DNA from: a virus
Strand: one strand, 5' to 3'
DNA length: 64,000 nucleotides
Virus record (IMG/VR): IMGVR_UViG_3300029955_000024
In this document: positions 46,535-55,850 of the stretch, one piece after another
Numbering within the stretch: the first letter of the stretch is position 1
How the letters are laid out: the number at the start of each line of letters is the position of its first letter
Notes under the pieces: model-generated
Databases searched by the model: none
Told to the model about the DNA's origin: nothing
Seen by the model: the letters and a program-made list of their open reading frames with translations, nothing else
Made by a program: the position numbers and the translations under genes

Positions 46535-46758
46535 TGGCTACCTTAATTAATTCCAATATCGTCTCCAAAGCCTTGTCTTCCAACCCCTTGAGACGGGCAT
46601 CTTCCGCCTTGAGGCGGGCTTCATCTACCAAATTGTCGATTATCATCTCCAAAGACATATACTTCCTCCTAGAACATCCCCTAAAGCAGTTATGTTCTAT
46701 CCCAGATACGGAGGGACTAACCCCGTATCAAGGGAGAATATAACTACTGTTGAACATA

Positions 46759-47061
46759 TTACCTAACTACAGACGTATCAATAGTCTTGGTATACCCCCT
46801 CACAGCAGCAGCCAATGCCTGCTTCTTGGTCATAATACGTGTGTTACCCATATACGTATTGAAGTAATGACGCACAGTCTGTTCTGGTATGGTACCGAAC
46901 GACACTGACATCAACTCCGCCTGAAGCTCTGCAAACAACTGTTTGCGACCTTCTTCCCTAAGTGCCAACACAATGCTCAGAGTAGATGGAACAACCACCT
47001 GCTTCTGCTTATTGATGTTAATGGTACGAGCGGTGGCGAGCTTAGACCCAAATACGGTCAT
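46759..47061 (-). CDS. hypothetical protein (start at second Met of MYM)
   Basis: AAGGAG sits 6 nt before the ATG at 47061; leader shared with 47192..47407. Confidence 0.45.
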   Translation of the reverse strand: MTVFGSKLATARTININKQKQVVVPSTLSIVLALREEGRKQLFAELQAELMSVSFGTIPEQTVRHYFNTYMGNTRIMTKKQALAAAVRGYTKTIDTSVVR

Positions 47062-47191
47062 ATACATCTCCTTGTGAGCTATACAAGCTCCTTTGATAAC
47101 AGACATTACATAGCCTGCATCCTTCCATACACATAATACTTAGGTGTACAGAAGGATACAGGCCCTCCCTAAGGAGGACCTATATACATAA

Positions 47192-47407
47192 CTACACATG
47201 CTGACAATGTCCACCATGTAAACCCTTTGCAGGATATTCACATGGTGAATACGCCTCTATCCCCTCATTAATACATTTAGGACAGCGATTGTCTGTATAG
47301 AGCGCCTTTGGGTAATAGCAATCACAAGTTACGCATTCATACATGTTTTCACAGCGATTAAGCTCTACCAATGCGTCCCAAACAACAGCTTTATCAAGCT
47401 TAGCCAT
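47192..47407 (-). CDS. Cys-rich small protein (zinc-ribbon-like)
   Basis: CxxC...CxxC; same conserved leader/RBS as 46759..47061. Confidence 0.45.
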   Translation of the reverse strand: MAKLDKAVVWDALVELNRCENMYECVTCDCYYPKALYTDNRCPKCINEGIEAYSPCEYPAKGLHGGHCQHV

Positions 47408-47537
47408 ATACATCTCCTTGTGAGTCATACAGACTCCTTAGTGCAAGGTATTACCTAACCTGCACTCTTAAACGTATGTGTTACACAGGTATACGCTTAA
47501 GAGCACAGGCCCTCCCACTTAAGGGAGGACCTATATC

Positions 47538-47825
47538 CTATTTCATGTTGTTCGGATCCAGCATACGTTCCTGAGCGAAATCGCAAAACTCCCTGTATTC
47601 AATACAGGTAATCTCACCATCTCTCTCACCAAGAAGATGTTCAATAGCGTGTTGTAAGAACACATATACACCCGGAGCTAGCACTTGGGTGTATACTATT
47701 TCAGCTAATAACTTCGTAGCGGGAATAGCTGCAATGGCATCCTGTCTAGCTTGCCATACGGCAAGCTCCTTCTTCCAGTGATTGTGAGACATACTGCCTC
47801 CTTGTAGCAACCGAAAGCTACACAT
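47538..47825 (-). CDS. hypothetical protein (95 aa)
   Basis: ORF track. Confidence 0.4.
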   Translation of the reverse strand: MCSFRLLQGGSMSHNHWKKELAVWQARQDAIAAIPATKLLAEIVYTQVLAPGVYVFLQHAIEHLLGERDGEITCIEYREFCDFAQERMLDPNNMK

Positions 47826-47906
47826 TACGTGGGACCCATCTTGTAAATGGGTCTTGTCGGTTAACTATGTGGTTATCCCACATAGCTACTCCCGATTAAT
47901 ACCGAA

Positions 47907-48107
47907 CTATAACCACGTCACTGGGTTTTCAGCAAAGACGTGTCTCACGTCTTTACCTTTTAACCAACACGCGTGGTCCAGCTCCGCCGCCTCGTTGGGT
48001 GACCTCCACCGAGTACAGAGAATTACTGGGGTTCCGCTGGAAAGGTCTACTACATTGTATAAATAAGACCGTTCCGACAGATTGGCGAAGAACGACGAGT
48101 TATTCAT
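47907..48107 (-). CDS. hypothetical protein (66 aa)
   Basis: ORF track. Confidence 0.3.
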   Translation of the reverse strand: MNNSSFFANLSERSYLYNVVDLSSGTPVILCTRWRSPNEAAELDHACWLKGKDVRHVFAENPVTWL

Positions 48108-48255
48108 TTACTTCCTCCTTCTAGAATAAGGCTCTAGATAACCAACCTCACTACTAATAGAGTCCTCTTAGAAAGGACTCTTGTGGGTTATCACGAGACT
48201 ATCCTCGTGATCTTCCCCTGTTAAAGGGGAGTAGTTTCCTACTCCCCCATGTTTA

Positions 48256-48621
48256 CTACCTTGGCGGCAGGACGATCCCCTGTCCTGACTTCTCCGCCAA
48301 CCTCGCTGCCAAGTTGTCATCCCATTCCTGGGATGTGGCGACAAGCTTGTTAAGTGTCGCGTCAACGGCGTCCTTCGCCCTTGATGTAAAGGGATCGATA
48401 ATGATCCCTGCCACGAGCACACTTACAAGGACGTGACCTGCTCCGTTCTCGATCGATTGCTCGATCGCTTTCGCCCCGTTGTGAAGGGACTTCAGCATTC
48501 TGTACTTTGCAACGGCAGCTGCTGCTCTTTCTCCGTGAGTCATTGTAATTCCTCCTGGTGATTTATTTAATGAAGGGGTGGGCTCGAATGTATCTGTCGA
48601 ATCCTTCTCCTTCATAATCAC
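48256..48621 (-). CDS. first gene of leftward early block, hypothetical (121 aa; true start may be an internal Met)
   Basis: ORF adjacent to the divergent promoter region. Confidence 0.4.
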   Translation of the reverse strand: MIMKEKDSTDTFEPTPSLNKSPGGITMTHGERAAAAVAKYRMLKSLHNGAKAIEQSIENGAGHVLVSVLVAGIIIDPFTSRAKDAVDATLNKLVATSQEWDDNLAARLAEKSGQGIVLPPR

Positions 48622-48738
48622 CTATACTATCAATCCATTACACTTTCTGGGTGGCTATAAGACTTTATCCAGTACGTCTATACTAAATATATTTATAGAT
48701 CCTTTGGATATTTCTAGTTCTGATGGTATAATAAAGAC
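48622..48738. promoter_or_regulatory. divergent promoter region at strand-switch point
   Basis: 117-bp AT-rich gap between divergent genes. On plus: TTGGAT-17 nt-TATAAT ending 6 nt before ATG 48739 (possibly leaderless). Confidence 0.45.
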
Positions 48739-49101
48739 ATGAGAACTTCATCAATATCTATGAACGGGGTCCCCGCGATGATGTATAAAGACATCCCCTA
48801 TATAAACCAGAAGAATTGGTCCTCGTATGTAGACTTTAAAAGGATCGGTCGCATGCAGATTTGGTCTGCTCCTTTACCTATACCAGAGTCTATTTCTCCT
48901 ATAGTTATAGTTTCTCCAGGAGAATTATATGATCATGAAGCTAAAAAACTTATCCGGTCTGGGAAGTTATTAGCTCAGGCCCATGCTGCTTATCTTCTCC
49001 GATATTGGGGGCTAACCATACATAATTCTTTAACTACTGCGTTAATAAATTGTGTTTATGAAGAGACTAGAAAGGGTTTCGAAGATGATCAAATTTTCTA
49101 G
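48739..49101 (+). CDS. hypothetical protein (120 aa), first rightward gene
   Basis: ORF directly after promoter. Confidence 0.45.
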   Translation: MRTSSISMNGVPAMMYKDIPYINQKNWSSYVDFKRIGRMQIWSAPLPIPESISPIVIVSPGELYDHEAKKLIRSGKLLAQAHAAYLLRYWGLTIHNSLTTALINCVYEETRKGFEDDQIF

Positions 49102-49615
49102 GGTTACAGTGATAGAAGTATTACCACACCACTGTTGGCACGAAGAAGCTGGAAATATTAAATGCTGTTATTGCGGGCTACTAGATACATTCCTCCCCAG
49201 CGAGGCTGCTGGAGGACATGGCCGATATGCTATAAAGAATTCAATTAGAATTTATGAAAAGACGTTGTGTTCCGCCAGAATGACGGAAGAACAGAAGAAG
49301 CAACAACTCTTTGAGGATTGCTTAGTACAGTCTATTAACCCACAGCTTATAACTAATCCATTTATTAGTTATACTCAACCTTATCAACAATTTATTTATA
49401 GTTCACCACAAGTTACTACTACTGAGGGTTTACTAACTTATGTACCTTACCTAACCGGCCAAGTGGAGTCTACTTTTACTGGAAACACAGAGAGTTTAGT
49501 ACAGTACTTTTATACTTCTGGACTAGGAAACTCAATGTCTGGTGGGACAGCCTCATCAAACTTAGCATATAATCCAATCTATAATTTGGAAGCTAACGTT
49601 ATAGACAATAAGTAA
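49085..49615 (+). CDS. Cys/His-containing protein with Q/Y/S/T-rich C-terminus
   Basis: Internal ATG 49085 chosen; 'HHCWHEEAGNIKCCYCG' then a low-complexity polar tail. Confidence 0.4.
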   Translation: MIKFSRVTVIEVLPHHCWHEEAGNIKCCYCGLLDTFLPSEAAGGHGRYAIKNSIRIYEKTLCSARMTEEQKKQQLFEDCLVQSINPQLITNPFISYTQPYQQFIYSSPQVTTTEGLLTYVPYLTGQVESTFTGNTESLVQYFYTSGLGNSMSGGTASSNLAYNPIYNLEANVIDNK

Positions 49616-49640
49616 TAAACGAATAGAGCACGGAGAATAG

Positions 49641-49994
49641 ATGTTTATCCTAAGTGGAGATAATATGACTATCAAGTATAGCAGGCGCGGCATATACAAT
49701 CGGTTATACGGCTATCATTGTCCTATCTGTAGCGGTACCGGTAAGAAATTGGAATATGCACCGGATGAAGCATTAAATAATAATGGGGACACCTTTACTA
49801 CTTATATTATGAAGCCATGCCCTTGTTACGCTTGTGAGGGAACTGGAACTATAAGAAGTCAGACCCCTCCGAAGTTAACTCTGGAATCACCGAAGTTAAC
49901 TCCTGAGGACACTCCATTTATAACAGGGATGCGTGCGCTTCGGATGGTTCGCGCCCAGCATGCCGCTGCTCTTGCCAGCCAGGTGCCTGAATAG
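49641..49994 (+). CDS. zinc-ribbon protein (117 aa)
   Basis: CPICSG...CPCYACEG. Confidence 0.45.
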   Translation: MFILSGDNMTIKYSRRGIYNRLYGYHCPICSGTGKKLEYAPDEALNNNGDTFTTYIMKPCPCYACEGTGTIRSQTPPKLTLESPKLTPEDTPFITGMRALRMVRAQHAAALASQVPE

Positions 49995-49996
49995 AA

Positions 49997-50260
49997 TTGC
50001 GTAAGAATAGAACAAACATATTTAATACTATTCCCTCTAATGTTAAAAGATGGACATATAGGTATGAGAAGAATGGCTATAATCTTGAACGACATTCAGA
50101 TACTCTTATAGATTTAGTAACTATAGCTGTGGACGATTTGGAACAGAATAGAGCCATTCCTTTATCTATTCGGGCGGACTCAGTAGAGATAATGAATACA
50201 CAGGACATAGCACTTGCTTGGTCAGATAAATACTTAGAGGGAAGAAAACTCTCCTATTAA
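49997..50260 (+). CDS. hypothetical protein (87 aa)
   Basis: ORF track. Confidence 0.4.
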   Translation: MRKNRTNIFNTIPSNVKRWTYRYEKNGYNLERHSDTLIDLVTIAVDDLEQNRAIPLSIRADSVEIMNTQDIALAWSDKYLEGRKLSY

Positions 50261-50280
50261 CGTATACTAATAAGGTTTGT

Positions 50281-51018
50281 ATGGATAACGATTCAAAAAC
50301 ATCAGATAAAATAATCACTACTGATACTAAAGCTCTAACTAGTTCAGCTTTTGATCTTCTTCCTATTAAACATATATCGCTTACATTAGAAGAAACAGAT
50401 CGTGTTCAGAAACTACAAACAGCCTTATTAGTATTAGGTCCAGCTGGAGGAAGTTGCCTTGTATGCCCCGGAAACCAGATAAACACACCACAAGATGAAA
50501 GATGCCCTTATTATTCTAAGTGTGAATTATTAAAGATGAGAAAGGCTCCTCAAGGTGAGCTCTGCCCAATAGAAGCTAATTATATAGCCACTCGTTTTAC
50601 TGATTGGGCAAAAGAACTTAATAGGACTGTCGATCAACTAACAGAAACAGAAAGATGCTTTGTATCTGATCTAACTTGGATAGATACCCAAGCATTACGT
50701 TGTAACTCCATTGTGTCTGAAGCTGAAGCATCTAGATTAACACAATTAGACCCGAAGGAAACCCACCCAGAAACCGGTGAGATATTATCGTGGCAAAGAG
50801 TAGTACACGCTAATATGGCAAGATTAGATATGTTAGTAACACAAAGAAGGATGCTTCTAAAAGATTGGATGTTGACCCCAGAACAGAAAGCAAAGCAAGC
50901 TAAATGGGAAGGGCGTACCGTAGGAAATGATATTAGCAAGAAACAATCAGCCACTGCCGATAAGTTACGAGACTTAGGTATGACGATTGTTAATCAAGAA
51001 GAAAAAGAAGAAGAATAA
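50281..51018 (+). CDS. hypothetical Cys-cluster protein (245 aa)
   Basis: ORF; CLVCPGN...CPYYSKC...CP; followed by the GGTCAGG-gtat-CCTGACC hairpin at 51031-51047. Confidence 0.45.
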   Translation: MDNDSKTSDKIITTDTKALTSSAFDLLPIKHISLTLEETDRVQKLQTALLVLGPAGGSCLVCPGNQINTPQDERCPYYSKCELLKMRKAPQGELCPIEANYIATRFTDWAKELNRTVDQLTETERCFVSDLTWIDTQALRCNSIVSEAEASRLTQLDPKETHPETGEILSWQRVVHANMARLDMLVTQRRMLLKDWMLTPEQKAKQAKWEGRTVGNDISKKQSATADKLRDLGMTIVNQEEKEEE

Positions 51019-51114
51019 GTTCCCCACTAGGTCAGGGTATCCTGACCGATGTACCCAGCCCAGGGTCAAAGCATCGATCCTGGGAATAATTTAAATAATA
51101 TCATTAGAGGTGAT

Positions 51115-52287
51115 ATGGAACGTCAAAGCATCGAAATGAATATGAATGCTATGTTAGAGGATTCTAAGACTCTAGAAATCTCTGAGCTAGCTACAAAGTA
51201 TGGTGTTTCTATACCTACAATGTACGCTTTCCTACAAGAATCTAAACCAGAAGTATTTAATTCTCACGTAATACAAGAGGCATCCCAAGTAATTAACACA
51301 CCAAATATAACAGCTCCAGTACAATCTACTGGGGTATACAAGTTTGGTACACCAGCGGGAACAAGAGGGGATAACCTCAAGAAAAAGAAGCCAATTAACT
51401 TATATACAGATAGTGACTTTGACGTTTATTATAAACAGTATCGTGACTGGTTAGGTTGGTTCAAAGAACCCTCTCCAAAGGTGGTTCATCCAGTATCAAG
51501 TAACCAGTCGGAGTTAACAATTATAATTGGTGACTTACACGTTCCATATCATCACGAAGAAGCATTAAAGTGGGCTATCAGTCGTACTAGCAAGAGAGCT
51601 AATAGACTTATCATAGGCGGGGATCTAGCAGATATGTTCTGGTGCTCTAAGTATATGAAGTTCGATCAGCATTTTACTCCAGTAGAAGAAATGAAGAGAG
51701 TTCAGGCTGTGCTAGTAGCGTTAAGTGAAGCTTACGAAGAGGTCATTCTAATGCGGGGCAACCATGATGATAGATTTATTAAATATTTACTAAGACAGGG
51801 TATTAAGCCAGAGGCTATGGAAGTATTCAAATACATCTATGGTGCACACGCTATGCATCCTATTTATGTATTAGCGCACGGCTTACCTAATGTAAAAGTA
51901 ATTGAACCATTAAATAAAGACTACGCAGAGTTTAGTTATTTGTACCAGCATGGCGATTGTGTTGTAAGTCACGCTGAGAAGTTTTCACAGCAACCTAACA
52001 AAGTGGCAGAAGACATGATTAAGACATTAATGAGCTATCATGTTCCTGCTGGTATTATCAAACCATTTAACGTAGTAGTTCAATGTCATACACACATGGC
52101 AGGAAAGACTTGGGGAGACTTTGGTAAGATTGGTATCGAGAACGGTTGTATGGCAATGATACCAGATTACTCAGGTAACGCCAAATTACTTCCTCGCCGT
52201 CCACCAGTATTAGGCTATACAGAATTATGGCAATACGCCGGCATCTCGGATTTAGAGAGAACCAACTTTGTACCATATCAAAGATAG
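51115..52287 (+). CDS. calcineurin-like metallophosphoesterase
   Basis: 'IIGDLHVPYHH', 'GGDLADMF', 'RGNHDD', 'CHTHMAG'. ORF opens at 51049 but ATG 51115 has a GAGGTGA RBS. Confidence 0.7.
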   Translation: MERQSIEMNMNAMLEDSKTLEISELATKYGVSIPTMYAFLQESKPEVFNSHVIQEASQVINTPNITAPVQSTGVYKFGTPAGTRGDNLKKKKPINLYTDSDFDVYYKQYRDWLGWFKEPSPKVVHPVSSNQSELTIIIGDLHVPYHHEEALKWAISRTSKRANRLIIGGDLADMFWCSKYMKFDQHFTPVEEMKRVQAVLVALSEAYEEVILMRGNHDDRFIKYLLRQGIKPEAMEVFKYIYGAHAMHPIYVLAHGLPNVKVIEPLNKDYAEFSYLYQHGDCVVSHAEKFSQQPNKVAEDMIKTLMSYHVPAGIIKPFNVVVQCHTHMAGKTWGDFGKIGIENGCMAMIPDYSGNAKLLPRRPPVLGYTELWQYAGISDLERTNFVPYQR

Positions 52288-52297
52288 AGGAGAATAA

Positions 52298-52573
52298 GTG
52301 TCATCAAATCCAAATTTATCACTTCAGACTTTATTGCTAGAACAAATGGCGGCAAAGAATATCTCGTCAGATTCAGCACAAGGTAAAGCTTACCTATCTC
52401 AATTAGGTTTACTACAAACACCGTCAGGTGGTGGTGTACCTATTAACCCAGATGATGGGGAAACTACGATTAGTAGCACCGTTGTTAAGATGACGAGTCT
52501 ACCAGTAGAAGATCCAAAAGTAGTCGGACAATTGTGGAATAACTCAGGTGTCTTAACCGTATCAGCCGGCTAA
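52298..52573 (+). CDS. hypothetical protein (91 aa)
   Basis: ORF track. Confidence 0.4.
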   Translation: MSSNPNLSLQTLLLEQMAAKNISSDSAQGKAYLSQLGLLQTPSGGGVPINPDDGETTISSTVVKMTSLPVEDPKVVGQLWNNSGVLTVSAG

Positions 52574-52587
52574 ATAGGAGGTGGATT

Positions 52588-52947
52588 ATGATAGATCCAC
52601 CAGTAACAAGATGTAAAGTCTCTAAGATACCAAAAGAAATTAAAGTAGGGGCTCACGTATATAAAATTCGCTTAGTAGCAGGGTTAGAAGAAGAAGGGGT
52701 CAAAGCTAACGGTATGTTAGATTCTGACGCCTGTGAAATTCTGCTACTAAGAAGCCTTACTCATACAAAGATGCAAGAGATACTTTTACACGAAACTCTG
52801 CATGCTATATTCTACGCCATTCCAAACAAATCAAACATACTTGAAGAAGAGGAGTTTGTCACCCACGCATCTCCTCATCTATTACAGGTATTACAAGAAA
52901 ATCCTAAGCTAGTAGAATACCTTTCTACTAAATCATCCTTTCTATAA
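52588..52947 (+). CDS. mini zinc-metallopeptidase-like protein (HExxH)
   Basis: 'LLHETLHAIFYA' HExxH motif in a 119-aa protein; GGAGG RBS. Confidence 0.45.
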   Translation: MIDPPVTRCKVSKIPKEIKVGAHVYKIRLVAGLEEEGVKANGMLDSDACEILLLRSLTHTKMQEILLHETLHAIFYAIPNKSNILEEEEFVTHASPHLLQVLQENPKLVEYLSTKSSFL

Positions 52948-52956
52948 GGGACTACT

Positions 52957-53889
52957 TTGTTCAAATCAGAAAATAAGCAGCAGTCTACACAGACTAGGTC
53001 TCAATACTTCTGGGGTAAGTTTGAAGTATTTGAACCTTTTACTGCCGTGGCTGAATTGGCTCACGACTTCTTCTCGCATTTACATGGTGAAGAAAGCACC
53101 TTAGGAGGAATGCTTAAAAGTCAAGCTATTGCAGCTGGGGTAACTCTTGGTGCGGCTGCTCTTACAACTGCTGTCTTTTATAATAAGGACAAAGTAGTAA
53201 ACAGCCATAAACAGAAGAATATAGCAAGAGCTGCTGCTGCAGGTATAGTTGTTGCTGGTGGGGCTGCTACCTATTACTATTTAACACATAAAAAAGATAA
53301 ATCATCTTCATCTTCGTCTCGTCCATTTTCTTCTAATAACGGCGTTGTAATACCCCCTCCACCAAAACCATCAGCACCTAGTAGTCCTAATACAACACAA
53401 ACAATACAAGGTGAATGGAAAGAAGCTCCATTTGAAAAACCACCTATAAGGTTACTAGAACCTCCAAAACCTACTATAGTAAGCCCTACTATAGGAGGAG
53501 GAACTATAGCAGCAGCTCAAGAAGATACTAACTTCTTCGGGCAGGCTCAAGCAGAATTCAAAGAAACATATTCTTCTAGAGTAGCTAAGAGGGCACAAGA
53601 ATTAAAAGAATTACATACACTTCGAAAATCAAGAGTATTACATAAGCCTTCAGTATTCACTTCTATTGACGAAGCAGGTTTAATGACTGCTAAGTCTATT
53701 GCTAGGGAGGCCCATCTAGCTCCGGGCCGTGGGCGCACCAAAACTGATATTATTGCTGCATTCAAACAAGCCAAAGATTCAGCAGTTGTTAAAGCTTCAA
53801 TGAAGAACGGTGAGACTGCTTCAAGAGTAGGAACGGGTATAAGGAATTTAATAACTAAAGGCTCTCGCGTATTAAAAGGTCTGTTATAA
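52957..53889 (+). CDS. membrane-anchored Pro/Ser-rich protein (310 aa)
   Basis: TM helices then a PPPPKPSAPSSP linker. Confidence 0.45.
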   Translation: MFKSENKQQSTQTRSQYFWGKFEVFEPFTAVAELAHDFFSHLHGEESTLGGMLKSQAIAAGVTLGAAALTTAVFYNKDKVVNSHKQKNIARAAAAGIVVAGGAATYYYLTHKKDKSSSSSSRPFSSNNGVVIPPPPKPSAPSSPNTTQTIQGEWKEAPFEKPPIRLLEPPKPTIVSPTIGGGTIAAAQEDTNFFGQAQAEFKETYSSRVAKRAQELKELHTLRKSRVLHKPSVFTSIDEAGLMTAKSIAREAHLAPGRGRTKTDIIAAFKQAKDSAVVKASMKNGETASRVGTGIRNLITKGSRVLKGLL

Positions 53890-53918
53890 CTGTATACTAA
53901 ACAGAACAAAGGAACATA

Positions 53919-54755
53919 ATGGCAAATTGGTTTACAGCACTTCCTGAATTAGTGAAACCTCTGAAAAACCCATATATGTGGGGCGCTTTGGCCGGTACAA
54001 CGGCTGGGGTATTTATGGGTGCGAGTAAAACAGATGAAGACGGTAAGCCATTAGGTCTAGTTGGAAAAGCAGCAAATGCAACAGTCACTGGGCTTGCTAT
54101 GGGTGCTGTAGCAACCGCTGGTGTATTTGCTTTTAAGCATCGTCCGACATTTGAAGGACAAAGCTCAGCAGCTGTAGCTATGAACCGTCCGTTTCCTATG
54201 GTAGATGTTAAAATGCCTAATATGGAGGGGAAAACCTTCGAAGAATCTATTGATGCGATAAATGGGGCAGCGAAAAGGGCACGAACCGTTGCTAATCGTA
54301 TGGCATCTAATAGTAAAGTAGGTATTACTTATAATCAAGCTTTAAAAGAAGCTACTAGTCCAATAGCATCTAGGTTAGGTAGGTCTTCTTCTATGTTTGC
54401 TATGGCAGGAATTGGAGCTGGAATTGGTGCTTTAGTTGATAAGAAAGATAGAGGTAGAGGGGCGGCAATTGGGGCTGTAGCGGGTGCTGGCTTATCTTTA
54501 GCAGCTAGAGGAGCAGCGAATATGAAAGTTATGCCACGAATCCAAAAGACTGTAGTGAAAGGTGGTTTGCTTGCAACAGCTTTATTATTGGGGGCAGGGG
54601 CTATACTTTCACGTTCGATGAGTAATAGGGCTCCTGTATCACAAGAAGCATCACAAGAGGAATCAGAGGAATACAACTATTCCAGAAGATTACAAACTAT
54701 AAACGCCACTGGCAGTATAGTAATGGGTTTACACGGAGGTAGACATGGCAGCTAG
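53919..54755 (+). CDS. Gly/Ala-rich multi-TM membrane protein (278 aa)
   Basis: Repeated GAxxG hydrophobic segments. Confidence 0.45.
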   Translation: MANWFTALPELVKPLKNPYMWGALAGTTAGVFMGASKTDEDGKPLGLVGKAANATVTGLAMGAVATAGVFAFKHRPTFEGQSSAAVAMNRPFPMVDVKMPNMEGKTFEESIDAINGAAKRARTVANRMASNSKVGITYNQALKEATSPIASRLGRSSSMFAMAGIGAGIGALVDKKDRGRGAAIGAVAGAGLSLAARGAANMKVMPRIQKTVVKGGLLATALLLGAGAILSRSMSNRAPVSQEASQEESEEYNYSRRLQTINATGSIVMGLHGGRHGS

Positions 54756-55350
54756 TCCTTTTCCAAAACCACCAATTAGACCAGATAGCGCAGCAGAGCG
54801 CGAAGCATTAAATATCCCGTATAGTTCAGCAGAGTTAGAAACACTCAATGTTTGGAAGTACGACCCACGAATAGGTATGAGTGGATTCGGCAAGCTGAAG
54901 TATGGTGCAAAGAGGGGTTGGCGTATGGGAGCTATGGGCGGTGGTTTAATGAACACTGCGATGATTGGCTTACAAATGGCGACTGCTCAGAGGGGAGAGG
55001 TTATCCCAACTCTTACTACAGGTGTAGTAGGTATTGTTACATATGGTGTCATATCTTCAATGATAACTGCTGGATTAATGTTGATCCCCGGGATTAATGT
55101 AGGTGTAGCTACTTACTTAGCATTAGGTTTAGCTATCCCTCCAGAAATGAAGCTAGAAGCTAAGATGATGAATGGTATGAAATTTCTTAGTGGAGCGGGT
55201 CAACAGATAAGAGCTTTACACATGGGTGGTGGGTACAATGACACCGATAACGCAATCGGACGTCGTAGAGAAGCTATTATGGAAATGAGCGGAGCGTCAA
55301 TGCCCTACAGACGTTATTTAGGACAAGAAGCTAAATTTCTACACAGATAA
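54745..55350 (+). CDS. membrane protein (201 aa)
   Basis: Multi-TM. Confidence 0.45.
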   Translation: MAASPFPKPPIRPDSAAEREALNIPYSSAELETLNVWKYDPRIGMSGFGKLKYGAKRGWRMGAMGGGLMNTAMIGLQMATAQRGEVIPTLTTGVVGIVTYGVISSMITAGLMLIPGINVGVATYLALGLAIPPEMKLEAKMMNGMKFLSGAGQQIRALHMGGGYNDTDNAIGRRREAIMEMSGASMPYRRYLGQEAKFLHR

Positions 55351-55365
55351 AACAAAAGGAGCAAC

Positions 55366-55848
55366 ATGCCAAGCAATAGTAATTCAATTAATCCAAAAAC
55401 TCTTACACACTCCCCGAGTCCGATATATGGTATTCCTTATGGATTCAATATATCTGACCTACCTAGTGTTGGTTTGGCTCAACCTATACCAACTCTAGCT
55501 GCTGTTAGCACAGCTACAGTATCTGCTGAATTAAATATACAAGCAAGATCTATTGAAATAGATGTAGCATTTAGTGCACCATTAGCTACCTGTCAGATTG
55601 ATGTATATTCTGCTGCTGATGGTTATACACAATCCCTATTTACTGCGACGGCTTCACAAGTAGAGAAACCAGCTACAGGAACAAATTTGGACCCATTACC
55701 CCCAGATAACACAGATAACTTATTGCCTTCAACTACTATATTTGTAGGCAACTTCGAAAATATAAATCTTAATGGGGCGCCTGTTAAGATAAAGGTATCT
55801 AATGTTTCAGCTGGAACAGTAACTGTAGCCTATCGTCTAACGAGTTAA
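55366..55848 (+). CDS. hypothetical protein (160 aa) upstream of terminase
   Basis: ORF; stop 3 nt before terL ATG. Confidence 0.45.
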   Translation: MPSNSNSINPKTLTHSPSPIYGIPYGFNISDLPSVGLAQPIPTLAAVSTATVSAELNIQARSIEIDVAFSAPLATCQIDVYSAADGYTQSLFTATASQVEKPATGTNLDPLPPDNTDNLLPSTTIFVGNFENINLNGAPVKIKVSNVSAGTVTVAYRLTS

Positions 55849-55850
55849 TT

